Virus record (IMG/VR): IMGVR_UViG_3300029713_000003
Span: 1,005-17,709 of that record
Strand: one strand, 5' to 3'
DNA from: a virus
Taxonomy: Duplodnaviria; Heunggongvirae; Uroviricota; Caudoviricetes
DNA length: 16,705 nucleotides
In this document: positions 7,231 through 13,551 of the stretch, one piece after another
Numbering within the stretch: the first letter of the stretch is position 1
Layout: the number at the start of each line of letters is the position of its first letter
Translations under genes and position numbers: made by a program
Notes under the pieces: model-generated
Database searches by the model: none
Told to the model about the DNA's origin: nothing
Seen by the model: only the letters and a program-made list of their open reading frames with translations

Positions 7231-9018
7231 TCAATCGCCCGCGCCGCAGCCCCAAGACGTCCAGCCGAGCCAGTTCCAACAACACAAGCAAGAAGAGCCA
7301 GCATTCGACCCAAACCAGAGACCACCGCGCTGCAAATATTCGCGGGTTCCGTTTTGACCGGAAGCGCCGTAGCATCGGTCGCCCATGCCCTGCGTGGCAG
7401 AACCGCCATAAGCAGTGATATACCATGCACCCGTCACCGGGTTCACATCGATGTCGCCAACCTGCTGGTCGCCGGAGGCAACAGGCATCGTGCCAATCTT
7501 GGTGTAGGTAGAACGGATGGTAGCGTCGGAGCTGGAATGAACTGTTCCCTTCGGGGCAAACAGCACTTCATAGCCGGTTTCCTTGCAGTCTATCACAAGG
7601 TCAGACGCGATCTCGTAGCAGCCCAAGTTGTACTCGCGTCCTTGGATGCGGTACGGCGTTTTGCCGTTGGTGTTGGATAGCCAGCTTCCATCATACTTGC
7701 CAATCACCTTGTCGGTTGTACCGCTCGCCCAAGGGTAAGTGGACAGATAGACAGGGGACTGCAGCGTGTCAGTAATGCTGACTTTCGCTGTGGTAAAGGT
7801 AGCGTCGGTATCCAGATAAACCGCAGCGTTCGCATCGTCCAAGTCTTCGATCTTGGTGATCCTCGCCTGCTTCACATACTTGTACATGTTTGCATTGTTG
7901 CGGTCGATTTCTACGGCTCCGCTGTTGTCATAGCCATAGCCGATAGAGACTGTACTGCCCACAATCAGGTTCGCAGCCTGCGCCTTGGTCAGCGGGAAGT
8001 AGGAAATCGCTTCAGCGCTTTCCACCGCCGCCGGATACTGCATGTTGTAGTTGGTGCATCCAGCCCATGTGGCTTGGCTGCTCTTGTTTGCTGTCTTGAT
8101 ATACTGCATCAGGATAGCGAAAGAGTTACGCGCCGCGCCCGCACCCCAGTAACCCGCGCCCTTCTTTTGATAGTTCGCGATCATATTGTTATGGCTCTGC
8201 CATAGCTCGATCATCAGGTTCGGCTGGCTCCGCAGCAGCTTGTCGCTCGCAATGCCAGATAGATAAGCGCTTCCGATGCACCACGGCAGTACCGTTCCGT
8301 CTGCCTTTACGCACTCGCACCAAGGGGTATAGCCTTCGTGCTGGGTGTCGGACACGTAGTATTCAATGCTGTCTGCATTGTCAACCACCTTCACATAGAA
8401 GCTCATCTGCATCGCGCCAACGTCAACCGCGCCAGTTGTCTTGTAGTCGCTCATGCCCTCAATGGCAATCGGTCTTGCGGTTCCGTCGTCGTCGCGGATG
8501 TAGTTCACATGTACCCAATCAAACATGGGAGCCTTGTCAATAAAGTCGTCCTGCCCTGCGGTTGCCTCCGTGGATGGGGCATAGGTCATCTCCGCCGCAT
8601 CCGCCAGCCGCACGCCGGCAGTCGTTGGGTTGCTGGCAAATTTATAAATCTTTGTGCCGTAAATCTTTCCGGTACGGCGCATGGCGTAGTAAGCCTCAAT
8701 CGCCTTTTCCAGTGTGGTGGACGGGTAGGCGTTCACAAACGCGGTGAAGTCTGTCTCGTCCAGCTTCTTCTCGATCTCGGTATTTTGCGCCTTAATGGCG
8801 TTGTTCACTTCTGTGCGCAGCTCTGCAACGGGAGTAGCGCCGTCTGTCAGCTGCATCCAATAAGTCGTATCCGTTGGAAGTTTGCCAGCCGGAACGTCCT
8901 GCTTTGCGCCGTAGCTGTTCAGATTATATTTCACGCAGTCGAGTTTCTTGTAGCTCGCCTTTGCGTCATAGTCACCCTTGAGCACAAAGCCCACTCTGCC
9001 AAGGTTTACTTTGGACAT
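7231..9018 (-). CDS. Tail fibre / receptor-binding protein, DGR target (probable C-type-lectin-fold C-terminus)
   Basis: 595 aa; SD AAGGAGG; N-terminal LGRV...KGDY....Y.KLD.V.Y...SY...P.D..YW module typical of phage fibres; C-terminal RGG.W..GSNAG pattern typical of DGR targets. Confidence 0.9.
   Translation of the reverse strand: MSKVNLGRVGFVLKGDYDAKASYKKLDCVKYNLNSYGAKQDVPAGKLPTDTTYWMQLTDGATPVAELRTEVNNAIKAQNTEIEKKLDETDFTAFVNAYPSTTLEKAIEAYYAMRRTGKIYGTKIYKFASNPTTAGVRLADAAEMTYAPSTEATAGQDDFIDKAPMFDWVHVNYIRDDDGTARPIAIEGMSDYKTTGAVDVGAMQMSFYVKVVDNADSIEYYVSDTQHEGYTPWCECVKADGTVLPWCIGSAYLSGIASDKLLRSQPNLMIELWQSHNNMIANYQKKGAGYWGAGAARNSFAILMQYIKTANKSSQATWAGCTNYNMQYPAAVESAEAISYFPLTKAQAANLIVGSTVSIGYGYDNSGAVEIDRNNANMYKYVKQARITKIEDLDDANAAVYLDTDATFTTAKVSITDTLQSPVYLSTYPWASGTTDKVIGKYDGSWLSNTNGKTPYRIQGREYNLGCYEIASDLVIDCKETGYEVLFAPKGTVHSSSDATIRSTYTKIGTMPVASGDQQVGDIDVNPVTGAWYITAYGGSATQGMGDRCYGASGQNGTREYLQRGGLWFGSNAGSSCLCCWNWLGWTSWGCGAGD
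7234..7330 (-). repeat. DGR variable repeat (VR) encoding the last 32 codons of the tail fibre
   Basis: Encodes RGGLWFGSNAGSSCLCCWNWLGWTSWGCGAGD; 79/97 identical to TR. Confidence 0.96.
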
Positions 9019-9033
9019 TGGCTTTTCCTCCTT

Positions 9034-9207
9034 TTATACTTGGTTGTCAACGACCAGCTCGCCGTTCTCGTTGCTCAGCGTCAGCGTATTGGACGAGGCG
9101 ATCATTTCGGCGCTGTCGTTCACATATAGGTTCAGGTCTATTTCTCGTTCGCATGTTCCGGCGGATCCGCCGCCGGGGGTTCCCACATTTCCGTAAATCA
9201 TCGGCAT
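9034..9207 (-). CDS. Small hypothetical tail-region protein (57 aa)
   Basis: Hand translation MPMIYGNVGTPGGGSAGTCEREIDLNLYVNDSAEMIASSNTLTLSNENGELVVDNQV; SD GAGGGGTGA; fills the gap between its neighbours. Missing from the ORF track. Confidence 0.72.
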   Translation of the reverse strand: MPMIYGNVGTPGGGSAGTCEREIDLNLYVNDSAEMIASSNTLTLSNENGELVVDNQV

Positions 9208-9221
9208 ATTGCGTTCACCCC

Positions 9222-9554
9222 TCAGCTTGCCAAGCCGTCAAAGGAAATCTTTCCGGCATCCAGCGCGGTAAAGCTGTACACCCGCATGTACTGCACGCCC
9301 TTCTGTTCCTTTGCCGGAATCAGCATGGGGTATTTCTCGTTATCGTTCAGCTGAATCTTCATCGCCGTGTCTCCGCATTTGAAGACCAGCGTGTTCAGCG
9401 AAACAAAGCTCGTCCCCAGATAGCTTTCAAACCGCACAACGTCGCCTGCCTTCAAAGAGATAAAGCCGTTCGCGTCGGCGGCATAGGGTTTTCCCGTTTC
9501 GTTCACCGCATGAAAAGAACTCACATAAAAGGAGCTTTCGTAAACGTGTGTCAT
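9222..9554 (-). CDS. Hypothetical phage protein (110 aa)
   Basis: SD AAGGAGGG; ATGA overlap with the upstream gene's stop. Confidence 0.75.
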   Translation of the reverse strand: MTHVYESSFYVSSFHAVNETGKPYAADANGFISLKAGDVVRFESYLGTSFVSLNTLVFKCGDTAMKIQLNDNEKYPMLIPAKEQKGVQYMRVYSFTALDAGKISFDGLAS

Positions 9555-10123
9555 GTCGTCCCCTCCTTGCTTAAAGTATCCGGCATTTCAAGATAGAGGT
9601 CTCCGTTGACGACCTCCATGCTTATCTCCAGCAGCTTCTCTGCAACTGCCTTACCGTCTGCGATGACCTGCTGCGCGTCCTGCGTGTTTTCCAACAGTTC
9701 GCTAACGCTCGTCTTCGCCGCGTTCAGCTCGCTCATCAGCTTGTCGAAGCTCTGGATCTCTGCCGGGGTATAAGTTACGTTGGATGGTTTGGCTCTTGCG
9801 ATCACCGGCGTTACAAACTCGCACAGGGTATAGCCGGTGTCGTCGCCATTTTCAATATAAATGTAGGTATGGATCGGGCTGCTCTGCATCAACAGGGTGT
9901 CCGGGATGCGGCATATCAGCCGCCTGCTGCTGTCTGCGGTGGACTTTGCCGTCAGCGCGTTCTCCATACCATCTATCGCAAAGTGAAAGTTCGGCGGGCT
10001 CAACGCTGTCGTCCCGTCCACTCTCAGCTTAATTCCACGGTCATATTGATACGCGCCTGCAGTTACGCTCACCGCGTTCCCGGCAACCGCTTCAATATAG
10101 TTGGTTTTGTTCATGTTCATCAT
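9551..10123 (-). CDS. BppU-like baseplate/fibre-attachment protein
   Basis: YQYDRG.KL...FHFA...IPDTLL.....I..YIY...PV..RAKP pattern followed by a coiled coil. Start is probably one of the ATGs at 10123, 10120 or 10114 rather than 10186. Confidence 0.65.
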   Translation of the reverse strand: MMNMNKTNYIEAVAGNAVSVTAGAYQYDRGIKLRVDGTTALSPPNFHFAIDGMENALTAKSTADSSRRLICRIPDTLLMQSSPIHTYIYIENGDDTGYTLCEFVTPVIARAKPSNVTYTPAEIQSFDKLMSELNAAKTSVSELLENTQDAQQVIADGKAVAEKLLEISMEVVNGDLYLEMPDTLSKEGTT

Positions 10124-10198
10124 CTCGCTTTGTTGGGTGATGGCCGAATGGTAATGTAAAATTTGCACTCCATAGTGGCTTTTCAAGCCAAATTGATA

Positions 10199-10225
10199 TA
10201 TAATTAAAGATAATCAAGAAAGGAG
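10199..10225 (+). promoter_or_regulatory. Candidate -10 box (TATAAT) and SD AAAGGAG for the plus-strand gene
   Basis: TATAAT 10199-10204; AAAGGAG 10219-10225; ATG 10233; -35 weak. Confidence 0.5.
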
Positions 10226-10232
10226 CACAGTC

Positions 10233-11198
10233 ATGAAACGATACTTAATCAGTTTGCTAGTAACAATTTTTACTTTATGTACTATTTGCACTCTTTCGAT
10301 TGCAGACGGTTCCACGCAGATTGTTGAATATGCCGAAGATAACGAGCTAACACCTTACTCATTCGAAGCTCTTCAAGACAGGCTTTCCATTGAGCTTGAT
10401 AAAAAATGGAAGCAGTTTGTATTTTTCTGGCCGAAAGATAATCATATCGAAGTAGATGAATGCACTCTTGACAGTCTTCCAATTGTGGCTTCTAATCAAC
10501 ATGAGGTTGTTCTTTTTATTTTTAATCGCAATAGCAGAAATCAACAATGGATTTTGTCTTCTGTCAACGAAAAAGCCTTAGTCCCTTGCATTAAAAAGGG
10601 ACATATTAGGTTAAGATCTTTTTCTTGCTGGAAATTCTATGAAGAATCTTTACAGGATATAAATCTATATTATTTGATCGAAATTGACAATAAAAGTTTC
10701 GCTATGACATCTTGCTTTACACATACCACAGAGGCAGAAACAAACTGGCAATTTGAAGCGTTTACCGTGCAACCTTCTGAAACTATGAAAAGTGAATATA
10801 TTCCAGAATTATATTATGATGATTATGCTTTCACACTGACAAAAAAATTGACTGGAAGTGTCCGTTACGCAAAAAATGAAGAAGATATTCTTGGATTCGA
10901 GTCATGCACTGTAGCTGTTCAGCAATTTAATGCAAAAGAGTTTGATATGAACAAGTATCTTTCTCCGCTGGCGTTGATGGTACAAACGGTTGTAGATACT
11001 TCAGAGCATGGAAACGGAAAGACACTTACACTTCGCGATAAACCAAACGGCAAAAAGATTGGAAAAATATCTAATGGATCAGAGGTTTTTATTTCGTCCA
11101 CGCAAACTGACTGGACATTTATTATTGGGGAAAATAAAGCAGGGTTTGTGAATGCAAAATTTATAAAAAGCACTGACGCATATTTGAAGAAAAACTAA
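10233..11198 (+). CDS. Secreted protein with C-terminal SH3b domain (moron-like; candidate immunity protein 2)
   Basis: Signal peptide MKRYLISLLVTIFTLCTICTLSIA; C-terminal LTLRDKPNGKKIGKI.NG..V......W......GFVNAKFI; low GC (sampled line 27%); antisense to the phage genes. Confidence 0.82.
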   Translation: MKRYLISLLVTIFTLCTICTLSIADGSTQIVEYAEDNELTPYSFEALQDRLSIELDKKWKQFVFFWPKDNHIEVDECTLDSLPIVASNQHEVVLFIFNRNSRNQQWILSSVNEKALVPCIKKGHIRLRSFSCWKFYEESLQDINLYYLIEIDNKSFAMTSCFTHTTEAETNWQFEAFTVQPSETMKSEYIPELYYDDYAFTLTKKLTGSVRYAKNEEDILGFESCTVAVQQFNAKEFDMNKYLSPLALMVQTVVDTSEHGNGKTLTLRDKPNGKKIGKISNGSEVFISSTQTDWTFIIGENKAGFVNAKFIKSTDAYLKKN

Positions 11199-11199
11199 A

Positions 11200-11237
11200 A
11201 AAATCACGCTAAGGCTTTATTGCCTTAGCGTGATTTT
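11200..11237. terminator. Bidirectional intrinsic terminator
   Basis: Perfect 16-bp inverted repeat AAAATCACGCTAAGGC / GCCTTAGCGTGATTTT with a 6-nt loop and A/T tracts on both sides, between convergent stop codons. Confidence 0.9.
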
Positions 11238-11243
11238 ATTCAA

Positions 11244-12287
11244 TTAAGCAAAACGATCTGTTGACTTCGTAGGAATTTGGTCATAAATATGGAAGTATAG
11301 ATCTTTGCTCTTCATGTCTCTTGGTTCATTTTTTTGATTCTGAGTATGACCACAAACAATCATAGAAGTTGACGTACCAACATCTTTGGAGAGGATAACC
11401 ACATGGCTATAAGTTCCATTGTCTCTTGAATCATACGTATATACAAGGTCTCCTTTTTTGAGCAAAGAGGTATCATAGACACGTTCGCCAAAATGACGAG
11501 CTGAAAGAGAACGCTCTTGAGAGTTGGTTCCGCGCCATGCAGCATTTACATCTGGGTTCTTTACATTTCCGGGATCCTTATAATACCATCCATCGTGCAT
11601 TGGAATGCCGCCGGCAAACAAACATTGCGAAACATAGTTTGCACAATCTTTGTTAATATTATCATCATCATCTCCAACTGGCTTGTATTGCGCATTGTTA
11701 TAAGAGCCTGTACCGCTATCATTGCTTGTATATTTTTGTGCATAACTCACAGCCTTGTTGCGATCATAGGTTGCGGTGCCAGTGGCACCTGCTGGCCTTG
11801 CATTATAGACAGACGAACCTGATAGGAACTTTGCCATCATATATCCAGTTGTTGAACCGTGTTTCACAGGGAGCCATTCCCCATCCTTTTTTGTGGCATA
11901 AACTTTCTGGCCGGGTGCAACGGTCTTTAGCTTTTTACCACTGGTAGAGGCTTTATCACGGAGAGCTACGCCAGAATTACGAGCACTTCCGTTGCGGTTA
12001 GGTTCAACTATAAGAGTATACTTATAATCACCGGATTCACCACCAGAAGATGACCCCTTATAAACGTCGGATTCAGCAATAAACTCGGCCATAATATATC
12101 CCGTTTTGCTTCCATGCTTAGCTGGTAACCAACTTCCAGTCAAAGTCTCCACCTGGATTTTAGTGCCAGATTTAATTTGTTCAACTACTTTTCCAGTTTT
12201 ACTTGCTGTTGCACGCAAATTAACAGTTCCACCATTTCCATTCTTAGTTGTTTCAACAGTGGCAGAGATAGGATAAGTATAAGCCAT
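11244..12287 (-). CDS. Peptidoglycan hydrolase: two SH3b domains + Amidase_6-type (papain-like Cys/His) domain
   Basis: Two SH3b repeats (V.LR..AS..GK...WLP.KHGS.TGY.MA.F); YDRNKAVSYAQKY, DCANYVSQCLFAGG, GDLVY, HVVI, CGHT; no signal peptide; SD AAGGAGGT. Confidence 0.85.
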   Translation of the reverse strand: MAYTYPISATVETTKNGNGGTVNLRATASKTGKVVEQIKSGTKIQVETLTGSWLPAKHGSKTGYIMAEFIAESDVYKGSSSGGESGDYKYTLIVEPNRNGSARNSGVALRDKASTSGKKLKTVAPGQKVYATKKDGEWLPVKHGSTTGYMMAKFLSGSSVYNARPAGATGTATYDRNKAVSYAQKYTSNDSGTGSYNNAQYKPVGDDDDNINKDCANYVSQCLFAGGIPMHDGWYYKDPGNVKNPDVNAAWRGTNSQERSLSARHFGERVYDTSLLKKGDLVYTYDSRDNGTYSHVVILSKDVGTSTSMIVCGHTQNQKNEPRDMKSKDLYFHIYDQIPTKSTDRFA

Positions 12288-12291
12288 AAGA

Positions 12292-12393
12292 TTTACCTCC
12301 TTATGGGTCTATGCTCTTGCGAGCATAAGGTAAACCATCACCCGAATTGGTGATGGTTAAAAACAGATATAGAGAAATAAAACCATTTCTCTA
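12292..12393 (-). promoter_or_regulatory. Structured 5' leader of the amidase gene
   Basis: Hairpins at 12370-12393 (9 bp), 12333-12358 (10 bp) and 12310-12327 (7 bp, GCAA loop on minus), plus an anti-SD at 12324-12334. Confidence 0.6.
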
Positions 12394-12430
12394 CCCCTCT
12401 ATACATATTAAATAACTCTGCATTTTGAAA

Positions 12431-13540
12431 TCAATGTGACAACAGTGACCAACCGCTTCCGTTGTAGACATAAGGAATGCACTCCACCCATGTTCCGTTC
12501 TGATAGCAGTACACAATGCATTCCTCCCAAGCGCTGCCGTTCCAACGCTTTACAGTTCGGTGCGCTGCGTAAGCCGTTCGCCCGCTGGTGCTCGATGCAG
12601 AGCCGTAGACGGCAGTCACATAATAATAGGTATCCTTTGCCGGTGCGGCAATCGTTGCGGATGTACTCGTGTAGGTGCCTACTGCGGTTCCGCTTGACGA
12701 AGACGACGAAGCCGCATACAGCGTATACTTCACCACCGTTCCGGCAGCGCCCCAGCTTCCGGATCCTGCGTTCCACGAGATAGTCAGCGTCCCATCTGCG
12801 TTTTCTGCCACCGTTGGCGCAGCGTTGTTCCAAGATAAGCTCGGCGGTTTGGCGGCAAACGTTACAGTCTTTTCTTCGTATAACAATCCGCCATGATAAA
12901 GAGCAGCTACCTTGTAAGTAATATTCCCGCCATATGAAGTCGGGGTTAGGGTATACGATCTTGTCGAAACCGCCAAATCATACTTCACCCAAGATGTTCC
13001 ATTGTGGACAGAATATGTACACGCACCAGTACCGTTTCCGTAGCTTGGTGTAGCGCTCCAATTCAACACAACCTGATTATTGGATTGATAGGCGGAAAGT
13101 GTGCCTCCCCAAGAAAGATAAGGGACAACGTAATTGACAGTAACACTAACCGCTCTCATATATGAGGTGGCACTGTGGTTTGTGTTTGCTTTTGCGTAGC
13201 ATTGGATACTAGTTGACTGAAAAACAGATTGATCGGACAGAGACAAAGAACCAGAGATGGTTCCTGATGTTGAAGACATACTTGTTGATGCTACAACTGA
13301 TGAGTTACCTCCGCTTCCGATATAAGCACCAATCGTTCCTGAACTGTTTTGAGCAATCAGCCAGTACAGGTTCCAATTTTTTCTGCTGGAATATTTGCTG
13401 GCTGTCAGGCTGATGCTGTAAGATATGCTTGTTATAACGGCGGTAGCCGGAAGTGAAGACGAAGCGCTGATGCTTGTCGTCCGTCCTCCGCTTCCGGCGC
13501 TGTTGCCTCCAAAATTGCCAGACCATGTAATGCTTGCCAT
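12431..13540 (-). CDS. Ser/Thr-rich minor tail protein with FN3/Ig-like repeats
   Basis: 369 aa; two FN3-like segments (VVLNWS...Y.V..., LTISW...YTLY...YYYVTAVY); C-terminal repeated aromatic-NG-W motif typical of phage tail proteins. Confidence 0.7.
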   Translation of the reverse strand: MASITWSGNFGGNSAGSGGRTTSISASSSLPATAVITSISYSISLTASKYSSRKNWNLYWLIAQNSSGTIGAYIGSGGNSSVVASTSMSSTSGTISGSLSLSDQSVFQSTSIQCYAKANTNHSATSYMRAVSVTVNYVVPYLSWGGTLSAYQSNNQVVLNWSATPSYGNGTGACTYSVHNGTSWVKYDLAVSTRSYTLTPTSYGGNITYKVAALYHGGLLYEEKTVTFAAKPPSLSWNNAAPTVAENADGTLTISWNAGSGSWGAAGTVVKYTLYAASSSSSSGTAVGTYTSTSATIAAPAKDTYYYVTAVYGSASSTSGRTAYAAHRTVKRWNGSAWEECIVYCYQNGTWVECIPYVYNGSGWSLLSH

Positions 13541-13551
13541 CTGCTACCGCC

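Larger units (their letters stand above)
5597..7330 (-). mobile_element. Diversity-generating retroelement cassette (VR - hairpins - TR - spacer - RT)
   Basis: RT plus a 97-bp TR/VR pair with adenine-specific mismatches; VR at the 3' end of the tail fibre gene. Confidence 0.95.

Noticed and set aside
7029..7330. CRISPR array or simple tandem duplication
   Set aside because: Only two copies, 97 bp long, with adenine-restricted differences and no repeat-spacer periodicity.
6924..7430. ORFs 6924..7418(+), 7140..7430(-) and 7208..7426(-) as an avd or other accessory gene
   Set aside because: They overlap VR/TR in shadow frames, have no clear SD and do not resemble Avd.
8338..9596. Long plus-strand ORFs (263 aa, 192 aa) and similar antisense ORFs elsewhere
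   Set aside because: Antisense shadows of GC-rich minus-strand genes, with no SD or recognisable motifs.
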